DNA of 64,000 nt from Gracilinanus agilis. Its lineage: Eukaryota. The notes beneath the pieces are model-generated. The model ran no database searches and was not told the DNA's origin. It worked only from the letters and a program-made list of their open reading frames with translations. Below are positions 10,731 to 22,807 of the stretch, one piece after another (position 1 is the stretch's first letter; every line of letters begins with the position of its first letter). Both the position numbers and the translations under genes were made by a program. The stretch lies in NCBI RefSeq assembly GCF_016433145.1, contig NC_058132.1, positions 616,636,219-616,700,218 of the forward strand, in the 5' to 3' direction.

Positions 10731-11476
10731 CTGGCAGGGGGAGGGGTGCGGTCACCGGGGCCAGCCCCTCTCCTTCCTCCCCTGGGTTTTGGGGGCGCTG
10801 ACCCGCCGCCGAGTCCAGCTGCCTCCCACGGCAGACTCCTGCTCGGCCGCTCTGAAATAGAGCTCACCTTCCCTCCCACACCAGCAGTCTGTAAACCCGC
10901 CCCACGAGCCCGGTTGGCTGGCTGCCTGGCACCCCCCTTCCGCCCCAAATCCTCTATCAAGGCTGCGGGAGACCCTTAAGCCATCGTTTCTTCCTTCAGA
11001 TCGCCTGGCCTTTTCACCCAGATTTCAGCTGTGTGAACGGTGGTACTGGGGGCAGAAGGATCCACTCCCCTCCCGAAAGGCTCCTTACCAGACATCTACA
11101 GCTGCCCCCTTCCCTTCCTCGCCGTCCCCTCACCCCCCACACTGGTCCTGCCAGGGACACAGAACTTGTGGCAGCATGAAGGGGGACTTTACATATTACA
11201 CATAGTCCAACCCCCTTCATTTTACAGATGAAGAAACTGGGGACTAGGGAAGGGAAGGGACTTCCTAGGGTCATAACAGCTGGTAAATGGCATAAAAATA
11301 TATAAACATTTATAAACAGAAGTGGATAAACAGCTGGTAAAGAAGTCCTTCTGAATCTAAAATCAGGGCACTTTCCATTAGCCTCACTCCTCCTCTTGGG
11401 ATGGGGTGGGGTGGGGAGTGGGGAAGACCTTGGTGATGGGGGAAGGGAAAGGAAGTGCACTGGTTTGGTTTCTGAC

Positions 11477-11589
11477 CTTATCCCATGTGAGGTCCGCCTG
11501 GGTCCTGGACAGCTCACACTCAAATGTAGCTGAGTCACCTTCCATCACTTCGAGGTCCTGGAGTCCCTTCACAATGGCTAAAGGTATCT
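11477..11589 (-). CDS. OBSL1: OBSL1 exon 17
   Basis: 113 bp, phase 1 to 0; EIPLAIVKGLQDLEVMEGDSATFECELSRTQADLTWDK. Confidence 0.92.
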
Positions 11590-11684
11590 CTGGGGATGGA
11601 TAAGGGAGAGGGAGATGGTCAGAGAATATAAACAAGAATACCAGGTGAGACATGATTAATAAGAGATGAGGAAGACAAGGACAG

Positions 11685-11880
11685 ATAGGTGGTTGCATTG
11701 AGAACCAGGTCTAGAGATGGAAGGTCCTGGGTTCAAATCTGCCCTCAGACACTTCCTAGCTGTGTGACCCTGGGCAACTCCCATTGCCTAGCTCTTACAG
11801 CTCTTCTTTCCTCCTTGAAACCAATATATAGTATTGATTCTAAGATGGAAGGTAGAGGTTAAAAAAAAAAAAAAAAAGAA
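11685..11880 (+). mobile_element. Marsupial CORE-type SINE (opossum SINE1-like)
   Basis: gggttcaaatc...cttcctagctgtgtgaccctgggcaa...tattgattctaagatggaagg plus A tail; boundaries approximate. Confidence 0.8.
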
Positions 11881-12023
11881 ATGAGGGAAGCCCAGAGTGT
11901 GGGGTGGAAGGAGGCTGTCAGAGTGGGATGGCCGCTAGGGGGCAGAAGGATGCTGAGGCAGAGCTGGCCTAAGAAGAATTGGGGGTGGTAGATGCCACAG
12001 ACAGAGAGCCATGAAATAGAGAC

Positions 12024-12290
12024 CTTTCACTTCCAGCCTAGCTGCACAACGAAGGGTGTCAGTGGTGAAGGACACGGTTCCAGTATCGGCCAGGCCAAGG
12101 CTGCTGAGAACCAGGCAGTGGTTGTGGCCCTGGGCACTGATCTGGCAGTTCCGGCCAGGCTCCAACCGGACCCCTCCCCGGGCCCATTCTCCGGTCACCC
12201 CAAACTGAGACAACTCCAATTGGAAGGTGGCACTGCCCCCTTCAGTGACCACCACGTCCTCGAGGGGATGCCGAACCTTCAGCTGCTCGG
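12024..12290 (-). CDS. OBSL1: OBSL1 exon 16 (Ig)
   Basis: 267 bp; EQLKVRHPLEDVVVTEGGSATFQLEL...RCAARLEVK. Confidence 0.94.
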
Positions 12291-12899
12291 CTGTGGGGAG
12301 GAAGGGAACAAAGGCATCATCAGTACCAGGGTCCTGAGCTGTGTGCTTGTGGAGAGACATCGTCCCTAATGTCCTACAACGCCCCGATTTCATGGAATCT
12401 ACCTGGAAAGGAATCGTTTTAGCTTTGGATACTGGAGATCATAAATACAATCAGAAAGGTCAGAGAGGTCTCAAGGGTCCTTACACCTATTCCCTTATGA
12501 CTCCCACCCTGCCCTGGTCTGGAAGAGACAGAGGGAAGCTTCAGAAAGAATATAGGGGTGTTGGGGGGGTGCTCCTGGGGGTTGACTTGTTGCAGGGTAA
12601 ACCAGAATTGGAGTGAGCTACCCAGACCTGGGAAGTGTTTGGGGCCAGACGCCAGACTCATATTTCACATTGAGGTAGGCATTGGGGGACATGGCTAAGA
12701 CCCGGGGGAGACACTTGTACTGAAAGGTCTTGGAGGGAATGAAGGGTTCCTGGAGAGGGCGATTATATCCATCTTCTCTACTGAACCGGAAGGGAAGAGA
12801 TCCTAGAGAAGGGATGGTAGACCTCTTCCTGAGCTAGGCCAGGGAAGGGTGAGTGACTGAGGTGTGTATGGAAAGCAGGAGTTTCTCTGGGGTACTCAC

Positions 12900-13172
12900 G
12901 CCTCACAAGCAGCCGGGCCTGGGTACGGTCATGGTGGCTCTTGCAGCCGTAGATGCCCTGGTCACCCACCATGACTTTGTGGATGATCAGACGATGCACT
13001 CGGCCATCCTGGACCACTGAGAACCTAGGGTCTTCAGGAAGAGGCTTTCCCCCTCGTAACCAGCTCACTACTCCTTTTCCCCCGACCCGACTGGTCTCCA
13101 CCTCCATACACAGCTCCTGGCCCTCTTCAGTACGGGCATCCTGGAGCCTTCGCAAAAACAGCAGCTCAGCCT
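12900..13172 (-). CDS. OBSL1: OBSL1 exon 15 (Ig)
   Basis: 273 bp; EAELLFLRRLQDARTEEGQELCMEVET...HHDRTQARLLVR. Confidence 0.94.
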
Positions 13173-13297
13173 CTGAAGAAGAGGGAAGGGTAATAAATTC
13201 CAGGTGGAGCTAAAATAGAGGGATGACTGGGGAGGAGGGTAAGGGATCCTGAAGGAGAGAGGAGAGAGGCAAGGAGCTTCTTCAAGTTGCATTGTTC

Positions 13298-13555
13298 TGC
13301 CTAGAGATAGGAGATCCTGGGTCTCAATTTGGCTCAGACACTTCCTTGCTGTATGACCCTGGGTGAGTCACTTAATTTAACCCCCATTGCCTTGCCCTTA
13401 CTGCTCTTCTGCCTTGGAACCAATACTTGATTTTATTTTATATTTAATTTATTTTAAATAAATAAAATAACAATTTAATAAATTTATACTTTATTATAAA
13501 ATATTGATTTTATAAATTTTGGTTTTTAAGATGGATGGTAAAGGTTTTAAAAAAT
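13298..13555 (+). mobile_element. Marsupial SINE interrupted by an AT-rich insert
   Basis: SINE body to ...ggaaccaatac, then about 95 nt of nearly pure A/T, then taagatggatggtaaagg tail. Confidence 0.75.
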
Positions 13556-13597
13556 GTAATATATATAATAAATGAAAAAAAAGTGTATAGCTCCAGT

Positions 13598-13780
13598 GGC
13601 AGCTAGGGGGCTCAGTGGATAGAGTGCCAGGCCTAGAGTTGGGACAACCTGGATTCAAATCTGGTCTTAGACACTTGTTAGCTGTGTGACTCAGGGCAGG
13701 CCACTTAACCCTGTTTGCCTAATCCTTTCCTTTCTGCCTTAGAGTTGTTCCTGAGACAGAAAATATGGGTTAAAATAAAA
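13598..13780 (+). mobile_element. Marsupial SINE (variant 3' end)
   Basis: ggcagctagg...tcagtggatagagtgccaggcc...ccctgtttgcctaatcc. Confidence 0.75.
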
Positions 13781-14081
13781 AAAATGGATTGCTTCTTATA
13801 AGGTCATTCTGGTAGAAAGAACAATGATCAGGGAGTCAGGAGTTCTCAGTTCTAGTCCTGGCTATGCCACCTAAATTTCCTGAGCTTAGACATTCTCAGT
13901 TTCCTCTCCTGTAAAATGAGAACTCTGGGTGAGATGGTCTCTAAGGAATAGCTAAAGGCTATGATTCTAGGTTGAAGTAGGAGCAACAAAAGGGTTAGAA
14001 AGTGAAAGAGAGCCTTGGGGCTGAGTAGGGAAGACAAGAGGTGGTTTCGCCCATCAGCCCCTAGGTGGTTAAGAGTCACAC

Positions 14082-14351
14082 CTCGGACATGGAGCCTGGC
14101 AGTGGACTCGGAACCCTTGGTCTGGGCGGTCACGTTGCCTGAGTCACTTATCTGGCAGCACCGAAGGGTCAGGCTGTGGTTTGGGCCATTCTGGCTTGTT
14201 TCTATCCGGTTGCAGGGGGTAATTGCAGTCCCATTTAGAAGCCAGGTGAGCTCAGCATCTGGTGGGAAGACCTCACACCGGAATGTGGCATCATCCCCCT
14301 CCTGGATGGTCAGTGGAGTCAGTTCTAAAACTAGCTTCGCCTGGGGGATTT
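14082..14351 (-). CDS. OBSL1: OBSL1 exon 14 (Ig)
   Basis: 270 bp; EIPQAKLVLELTPLTIQEGDDATFRCEV...STARLHVR; weak donor G|GTGTGA; only partly in the ORF track. Confidence 0.92.
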
Positions 14352-14895
14352 CTGCAGGGAGAACAGGGACCCTTAGTGGGACCGAGGTAGGAACATTCCC
14401 TCCTCTGCCCTACATCCATCCTCAGCCCAAATATATCCCAGGGAAGCATGCCTTCTCTCTTTCTTATCACCCTTCTCCCAGATCCTCCATTCTTCCCCCT
14501 TGTCTTGCCCTCCCCCGAAGTGCAGGCTGGAGTTGTTGCATCTTTCCCCTCCTTCCCAATTCTGGCCCCTATTTCTTCTTTCTTTGCTCACCACTTCCTA
14601 TTCTGTGGTCTTTGTTTTTTTGTTTTTTTGTTTTTTTTTAAATATCAAGTATAAATCACTTCCTAGCAAAATCTTGTGATAGCTTTCCCCGCTTTATTTT
14701 ATTTTAATGAGCTGCAGATGGGGGAAGAGCGCGGACTGAGAAGGGACCCAGGAAGGGAAGGAAAGCGGAAGGGAAAGAATAGGATACCCGGGATTAGGAG
14801 AGCCAGTGGGGTGGGGCGGGGCAGTGCGGGGCGAGGTGGGGGGCGTTCAGAGAGCACTGTAGGGGTCTGGGGTGTATGTGGGGAAGACTCTTTAC

Positions 14896-15171
14896 CTTCC
14901 ACAGAGACGAGGAAGATGCGACTGTCCTGGGAGGCATCACAGAGGTACTCGCCGGCATCCCCGCTGCGTGCCCCCCGCACCCGAAGCACCCGCCGTGACC
15001 CGGCCTCCTCCAGCCGCACCCGCCCCCGGCTGGCCAGCCGCTCCCCGTCTTTGTACCAGCGCACGGCCCCCCCAGGCCCCGAAAGACACACAGCCAGCTC
15101 CAGGTCCCTGCCTGGGGCGCATCGAACCCCAGTCCGGGATGCCTCCGGCGACAACACTTTCACGGGAGGCT
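14896..15171 (-). CDS. OBSL1: OBSL1 exon 13 (Ig)
   Basis: 276 bp; EPPVKVLSPEASRTG...YLCDASQDSRIFLVSVE. Confidence 0.95.
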
Positions 15172-15434
15172 CTGTAGGGCCAGAGCCCAGGGCATCACGA
15201 GGAAGGCAGGGAAAGGGGTGGTGGAGAGGACAAGGCCAGGCGGGAGGGAAGTGGGACAAAGGTTTGGGGTCGGAGCTTTGAGCAGAGTCGATGGTGTGCA
15301 TGGACGTGTATGTTTGTGTATGAGGGACGAGCTGACCCCCGAGTTCTGGGGTCGGAGGATGCCCATCCCCAGGGGCCTCTGCTCCCCCTCCCCCTGCTTA
15401 GCCCACTCCCCCTAGTCTGCCCTCCTCTACTCAC

Positions 15435-15722
15435 CAGTCACCTGGACAGGGAAAGTGAGGGTAGGGGCTGCGGGCTCAGACCCAGCCTGGCACGTGTAAT
15501 TCCCGGCATGAGAAGGGTGGGCAGCCCGGATGAGCAGCATGCGCCGAGGGCCCTCAGACCGAAGCTCCAGGTTCCCGTCCTCGACCACTGGGCTCCCATT
15601 CAGGCTCCAGAACACTGGCGCGCTCGCCCTGGACAGCTCACAGCTTAGAATGAAATGCTCGCCAGGGGACACAGACAGCGGGGTGGGAGCCGCCTCCGGG
15701 AGGAGGAATTGCACTGGAGACT
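15435..15722 (-). CDS. OBSL1: OBSL1 exon 12 (Ig)
   Basis: 288 bp; ESPVQFLLPEAAPTP...TLTFPVQVT. Confidence 0.95.
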
Positions 15723-15808
15723 CTGTTGGGGTGGGAGAGTTAGGATTGAAGAAAATGTTGGGGCGCTCCCCCTTCTTCCTTTCTCCCCTTCCTGAGCAGA
15801 GCACTGAC

Positions 15809-16084
15809 CAGCTAGGCGGAGGTCAAAAGTGACTGCCTCATCTCGGGTCTCACAGACATACTCTCCAGCGTCCTGGGGCCTGGCCTGAGGCAGGGTCAGG
15901 GTCCGGATTGGGCCCTCAGCCCCCAGTTTCAAATCTTCTGATGCCTCCACCTCCAGCCCGTCCTTGTACCAACACACACGGGCCCCCACAGGGGCCACCT
16001 CACAGCGAAGCTCCACCCGACCTGGAGACCTGAATTGCAGCTGTAGGAAGCGGGCAGCTGGGCGCACAATCCGTTCTGGGGGTA
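15809..16084 (-). CDS. OBSL1: OBSL1 exon 11 (Ig)
   Basis: 276 bp; VPPERIVRPAARFLQLQFRSPGRVELRCEV...AVTFDLRLA. Confidence 0.95.
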
Positions 16085-17277
16085 CTGGTAGGAGGGAGGG
16101 TATGAGGAGGAGGGGCAAGGGCAGGGAGCTTCTGCTTCCCCCCAACTCCCATCAGGCATTGTGGTCCCTACAGACCCTGATCTCCAGCACCTTCAGCTCT
16201 GACCCTCTAATCCATGTGGTTCTCCTCCTTCATTGTCTTGCTCCAGAATGTTGTCTCAGGTCTTTTGTCCAGTTCTCCCTGCTCTCCCCACACCATTTTA
16301 CTTCTGTCCCCTTTTCTTCCCCCACTACCTAATACTCTTGGCTAGTTAGGAGAGGTGATACAATGACTGCAAACTGGGTAGTAGCTTTGGCTTTGCCACT
16401 CTCTAGCTGTGTGACCTTGAACAGGGTTCTTAACTCTCCCGGGTCTCATTTTCTCAGTCTGTCAAATACCGATAATATTTGCACTGCCTGCAGTGGTGTT
16501 CTGGTACAGATTTAACAATCGGCTTTCTGGGAAAAAATGTATGCTTGACAAACAAAAAAACCCCAAACAACTCTTCTGTCTTAGAACTGATACTAAGTTC
16601 TGGTTCCAAGACAGGAGAGTGGTAACAGATGGACAATGGGGGGTCAAGTGACTTCCCCAGGGTCACACATCTAGGAAATGCCCACCTAGCTGCCCCTCCT
16701 GACAAACTTTTAAGTTAATCTACATTGTGAACATTTTCTCCATCACTTTTTTAAAAAAAAGTCTAGATAACCAATAAAACAACAAATCAAGCCTCGACTT
16801 GTAGGATTTGCTGATTTCCAAGGGGGTTTATACTGAAAATTAAACCACCAGCTCCCTAGATAAAGCTAGCTTTGGTACCTCCCTGATTACCTGCCTCATA
16901 GGACTGTTGTAAAGCTCAAATGAGGTCATGTATACACAGTGCTTTGGGAGCATAAAGCACCAAATTAACAAGTGGGCATATTTGATTTGATTCTGTAAGT
17001 GACTTCTCTGGAACATTTCATTGAATGGTAGGATCATAAATTTAGAGTTGGAAGAGACCCTCAGAGGTCAATCTGGTCCAACTCCATCATTTCACAGATG
17101 AGGAAAACTGAGGCCCACTTAACCAAGATTTGTAAAATAAGGAAGACTCTCTTCTAGCTTTAAACAGCTGATCCTGTTGGATAAGAAGGTTGGAGAACCT
17201 GCCCAAAGTCACAAAGATAGCCAGTGCCAGAATCAGGGTCTGGCTCCAGACTCAGTCCTCCTTCCATCCTGCTGGTC

Positions 17278-17415
17278 CTGGGTTCAGATTTGACCTCAGA
17301 TACTTCCTAGCTATGTAACCCTGGTTAAGTCACTTATGACCAACTGCCCAGCCCTTACCACTTTTGTGCCTTGAAACTAATATACAGTATTGATTCTAAG
17401 ATGGAAGAGAAGAGT
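17278..17415 (+). mobile_element. Marsupial SINE
   Basis: Shared core and tail. Confidence 0.75.
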
Positions 17416-17599
17416 TGTGTTTTTTTTGGGGGGGGGGGATAAAATACTTCATAAACCTTAAATGCTATAGAAATTCTAGTTATTATTTTACTGTTATTGT
17501 GTGGGGAAATTTTATTAGAAGGATATTATGATATGATTTCTGGGTTATGTAACTTTAATATTCTGGCTTTTAAATTTAGATTTTAAAAATTATTATTAT

Positions 17600-17735
17600 T
17601 TAAAATCCTTGCTTTCTAAGACAGAAAAGCAAAGGCTAGGCAAACAGGGTTAAGTGACTTGCCCAAGGTCACACAAGAAGTATCTGAATTCACATATGAA
17701 ACTGGGTCCTCCTGACTCCAGACCTGATGCTCTAT
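17600..17735 (-). mobile_element. Marsupial SINE
   Basis: Reverse-orientation core. Confidence 0.7.
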
Positions 17736-19022
17736 TGAGAGAATTTATTCCTAAAATATTGAATGATTTCTACATCTGGGTTTTGAATTAGAGACTCAAA
17801 GCAGTTCTTTGATCTTTATACTCTTTCCTTTGTCTTTAGGAATTCCAAGGAATGTCCTACTCTAAAGCTTGGTATATAGAAAGGGGAGATTATAGGCTCA
17901 TCCGATCCTAATTTAGACTAGGAGCCACAGCCAATGGCATAACACTCAATATGTATCTGTCCACCATTACCCAGCATATGGACAAGGGTTGAGAATTTTG
18001 ATGGATCTCCTCCCTCTTGGCTATTCACCATTTAGAAATGCTTTGTGTGTCTAGGAGAGAGCCAAAGGGTGAGCTCCCAAAATGTGTCCTTGGACCCGCT
18101 TGAGGGGACTTCCTGGTTTTGATCACCAATCAATTAATTTATTGGTTATTGCTAGCCTAATCAATAAATTGATTTTCTAACCCAGAACTCAGTCTCTTGG
18201 AAGTTTTAATTGCCATATTGTTAATATAGAGACTGTCAACTCTATGAGGGCAGGTGTTGAGTCTTGTCTTTCTACCTCCAGCACTGCCTAGAATAGTGCT
18301 TTGTATTTGCGAGGTACTAAGTTAAACTGATTTATATTCTTCCCAAGTTGGTTACATTTTTACTTGTTTCTCTTAATTTCTAGCCAGAATTCTTTGGATA
18401 AAACAAATTCTGGTTCCATGTGGGCTAAGGGAATGCAAAAGGGGCAAGAGGTGGGGGTGACACTCCCATTGGGGTGCTTTGGAGCTATCAGTGAGTCAAG
18501 GTTGAATATTGAGTGAAGTAAAACTAGGAGTTTTATTGAGGAGGAAACATGTGTAGAGAAAATTGGGCCCAAATAAGCAGCAGGTGGGTCTGGAGCTGGG
18601 TGGCTAGGGACCCCCTTTCCCTGCCTAGCATGCTAAGTCTGAACTGGGGCTCTGAGAAGAGTCTGGCTTCTTCAGGGGGGAAGGTGGGACAGGTGGCTCT
18701 TTTGGGGGCTCTGTCCTATAGATCTCTCTCTTTCCACCCTGGTTACCTCTGAATGCTCCAGAAGTGAGTCTTAGCAAGGAAAATCTCCCAGAAGGTCATC
18801 TGGGGCTTAGCTGTGAAAGCTCCTTTCCTTCTCACCTGGGCAGCTTTACAAATGGCGGCAAAGGCAAGATGAGCCTAAGGAAGAGACTCCTCTACACCTG
18901 AGTTTAGGGTGTTGCTGAGGAAGGCAGAGGGTGGTAAGGAAGAGAAAGTCCCCTGGAACCTTGCAGGCATCTCCCTCCCTCGCTGGGGCTACTCTGAGCC
19001 TTAGCTCTGCCAGACCCCTGAC

Positions 19023-19295
19023 CTGTGACACCAACGATGAAGAAGGCTGAGTCATCCCCTGCGTCGCACACAAACTCCCCTCCATCCTGGGGCTGGGCTG
19101 CAGGTAACACCAGGCGGTGATAGGGGCCCTCGCTCTCCAGAACCAGGCCCTCGTTCTCCTCTACCTCCAGCCCATCCTTGTACCAGCGCACGGGGGCTCC
19201 GGCCCGAGACAGCTCACACGTCAGAACCACCCGCTCCGAGCTCACGGCAGCCACAGACACCTCATCCTGGGGGAACAGGATTTTCACCGGAGGCT
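19023..19295 (-). CDS. OBSL1: OBSL1 exon 10 (273-bp Ig repeat, copy A)
   Basis: ctgcag|AG CCT CCG; EPPVKILFPQDEVSV...SAFFIVGVT; G|GTCAGG donor. Confidence 0.93.
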
Positions 19296-19589
19296 CTGCA
19301 GAGGGGAGAAGCATAGCCATATCTGGAAACAAAATCTGGAATCATAGTCGTGCAAACACTCTGGAAACAATCCCAGAATGGAGGCATCTCAGAGGACCCT
19401 CAAGCAGTCATCTAGCCCACCCAGGCTGTGAGCTGGAATCCCTGGCTTAGCATATCCTCACAGTTGTTTACCTCCACTTGAAGGCCTTGAATGACAAGTC
19501 TTCATGGAGCTCTCTCTACGCCCATCCCTGGAGCCTAACTGTCACCCAAATCAGCCCATTCCACAGTTCTAAGAGGTAAACTTTTCTTT

Positions 19590-19795
19590 TCTTTAAAAAC
19601 AACAACAACAACCCTTAATTTCCATCTTAGGATCAATACTTTGTATTGGTCCCAAGGCAGAAGAGTGGTAAGGGCTAGGCAATGGGGGTGAAGTGACTTG
19701 ATCAAACAGTTAGGAAGTATCTGAGGTCAGACTTGAACCCAGGACCTCGCATCTCTAGGTCTGACTCTCAATCCACTGAGTCACCTACCAGCCCC
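19590..19795 (-). mobile_element. Marsupial SINE
   Basis: Near full-length reverse copy. Confidence 0.8.
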
Positions 19796-19839
19796 CGGTA
19801 GGATTTTCTTGGAACACTAGAAAGCAACTCAAGACAGTG

Positions 19840-20170
19840 AAGGTATCATGCAAAGATGAGTTGAAGGAATTGGGGTGTTAAGCTGGAAGACTCAGGGGCA
19901 CGTGAGTACCATGAGTACAATCTGGGCCACCCTGTGGAGGCAAGACATTCTGTGTGGACCCAGAGGCTAGAACTTGGAGCAATGGGTGGAGACTGTAGAA
20001 AGGTAGTTTGAGTTGCTTCGCAGATCTGTCTAAGGAGGATAATTCTGCCTTGGAAGGTAGCGTGTTCTCTCTTGTTTGAGGATCTCCAGGCAAAGGCTGG
20101 GTGCCCTCGTGAAGAGATTCTCATACAGATATAGCCACCGAGGCTGATCAGCTCTCGAGATCCTGTGAGC
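19840..20170 (+). mobile_element. L3/CR1-like 3' fragment
   Basis: agaacttggagcaatgggtggag...aggctgg...gagatcctgtga resembles the CR1/L3 3' end; family call from recall. Confidence 0.55.
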
Positions 20171-20860
20171 TAGTGTGTTTTTCCCCAAGTCTCTTTCTCT
20201 CTGAATTATCTCTAAATTCTCCCTAGTTTCTCCAGCTGATCTTGGTATGGCATTAAGGGGGAGCACTTTCCTCAATTTCCTTCCCCTCCAGCCCCCCAAA
20301 ACTCTCAGCCAGCCTTTCCAGCTACAGGTATGCAAAGATCCTGCTCATCACCGACAGGCTGGTCTCATCCAGCCACACCAACCCATCCTCACCAGCTGAT
20401 CTCCCCTAGTGCTCCCATAGAAGGGCTGGTGTCCCACGAGGTGGGGTGTGCAGTGGGGAAAATGTAGGATTTGGAAATTCTGTGTAAAAACTGAACCTAA
20501 GGTCCAGCCCCTCGATTTCCTAACGATGTGACTTTGGGCATCACGTCATCTCTGACTTTATAGGTCCCCATCTGTAAAATGAGGGTCGGGGCAAGAGGGT
20601 TGAACTAAATGGAGGTCATATTGTCTTCCAGCTCTAAATCTATTGCCAAGATCCCCTAGTTACCTTCTCCCCGCTTCAGCTGGTCCCCTCACCTTGGCTG
20701 TTGTGTTTAGGTCCTAGGGAATTTCCCGAGTGCTGAGCAAGCACCTTCTTGCCCAGAAGTGTCCCATTCCCCCTATTATTCTGAGAGCAGGGGAAATGGA
20801 AAGCTTTAGGTGGTTAGGGCTCCCTCCATTCTCTGCATCCAGCCCTGCCTGGTCCCTGAC

Positions 20861-21133
20861 CTGTGATGGTGACATTGAAGAAGGCTGAGTCTTCTCCTGC
20901 TTTGCACACAAACTTCCCACCATCTTGGGGCTGGGCTGCAGGCAGTATCAAGCGGTGATGGGGTCCCTCACTCTCCAGGATGAGGGCTCTACTCTCTTCC
21001 ACCTCCAGTCCATCTTTGTACCAGCGCACAGGGACTCCAGCCCGGGACAGCTCACATTTCAGGACCACTGCTTCTGAGCTGAGGGAAGCCAAGGACACTG
21101 TGTTCTGGGGGGATAGAATTCTCACCGGAGGAT
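20861..21133 (-). CDS. OBSL1: OBSL1 exon 9 (273-bp Ig repeat, copy B)
   Basis: DPPVRILSPQNTVSL...SAFFNVTIT; open frame, canonical splice sites. Confidence 0.92.
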
Positions 21134-22430
21134 CTGCAGTGGGGGAGATGCAGCCACTCAGAATCACCCACAGTTGACTTACATGCCAACAGATCAAAAT
21201 CTTGTTTGCTATCCGGGAACTGAGTTGGCCAAGGATCCAGCTAGGGCTGTGTTGGTGAACCTATGGTACATGTGCTGGAGGGGGCTGCTCTCTTCCCCCT
21301 CTCTACCATGCCTGAGGATATTTTTTGGCATCATCCACCCCTCTGCCCAGCAGCCCAATGGGAGTGCTTCTTCCCTCCCATGTCTGGGGAAAGAGGGTGG
21401 CTCACCTTTGGGTGTGAGGGTGCAGTTTGCTCACTCAGTCTCTAAAAGGTAACTATCATTGCACTAGGGCATCCCCTGTTCAAAAGCTTTGTGACATTTG
21501 TCTCAGAAACAGTGACCAAGAGAACCTGAACCCATAGTCTGCCCCCATGAAGAAGATTAGACTCTCCAAGCTAGAAGGGTCCCAAGATGTATTCTATTCC
21601 AATCATACCTGAACCACCTTCACAACATCCCTAAAAGAGGTCTTCTAGCCTGTACACGGAGACCCACATTCTTCAGGAACTCAGTATAGTACCTCCTGAG
21701 TCAGCCCATTTAGGGTCAGGTCTAATTGTTAGGGAGTCAAGTTAATGAGCCCACAAGGGTTTATTAAGCACTCACTATGTTCTGGGCACTGAGCTAAGTG
21801 ATAGGGGTACAAATATAAGCAATAAGATGTTCCCTGCCCTCAAAGAGATTATATTCTAATGCAGGAGAAGAACATAAAACAAGAGTTGAAAAGCAGGGAG
21901 GAATGAAGGATGACTGGCCTGACTCTTTCCTCAAATTGGAGAGTTTTACCTTTTATGGAACATCCCTGAAAACTGGACACTGAATAGGGAGGAACCCACA
22001 AAGAGTTACTCATTGGCAGAAAGGAGGCCAGAATGGATTTAGAGATTACCCATCCGCAGAGCTCTGGCTTGCCAGCTCTCCCAGATTTACCAAGCCTCTC
22101 CAGATTGCCGCAAGACTCTTGGCTCCCAGAAAGAGTTACTTTGTGCAAACCCTGCTGTATCCCCTCCCAGCCCTCTAGGGCTGGGATGTCTTGAGAACTG
22201 TACCTCCCCCAGACTCTCTAGCGTGATGGAGAAGGGCTGACCACCTCAGGTCCACCCCCTGCCCATCTACACCCACCCCCAATATTCTCCCACACAGGGC
22301 AACGACAGCAACTCCTGCCAATTGGAGTAAAGCTAGATAGAAAATATATTTGAGTTCCATTTCAAGAACTGAGTCTTGGGACTCATTTTCCAAGAATTCC
22401 CTTATTCTGCTGCCTACTGGGCCACCTGAC

Positions 22431-22703
22431 CTGTTACAGTTAGAGTGAAGAAGGCAGAGTCGTCTCTGGTGCTGCAGACAAACTCGCCCCCATCCTGGAG
22501 CCTTACAGAAGGCAGCACGAGACGGTGTTGGAGCCCCTCGCTCTCGAGTACCAAATATTTGCTCTCTTCCACCTCCATTCCATTCTTGTACCAGCCCACC
22601 GAGGCTCTGGGCTGGGACACTTGGCAAGTGAGGACGACTCTCTCTGACGTCACAGCAGTCAGGAACATCTCATCTTGGGGTTGTACGATCCGTACTGGGG
22701 GCT
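22431..22703 (-). CDS. OBSL1: OBSL1 exon 8 (273-bp Ig repeat, copy C)
   Basis: EPPVRIVQPQDEMFL...SAFFTLTVT; open frame, canonical splice sites. Confidence 0.92.
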
Positions 22704-22807
22704 CTGAAGAGGGGGATATGATGTCACAATCAGGGGGCTTGTGAAATTCAAAAGAAATTGAGCAGTTTACAAACCTTGAAGTTGTCATGCCAGTTTTCAT
22801 TATCACT

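Noticed and set aside
14015-14641. 208-aa + strand ORF
   Set aside because: Antisense shadow of OBSL1 exon 14 running into a low-complexity purine/pyrimidine tract
18560-18712. EPPKEPP... segment resembling the start of a sixth Ig repeat
   Set aside because: Purine-rich acceptor context and no Ig core residues (C...W...C) follow
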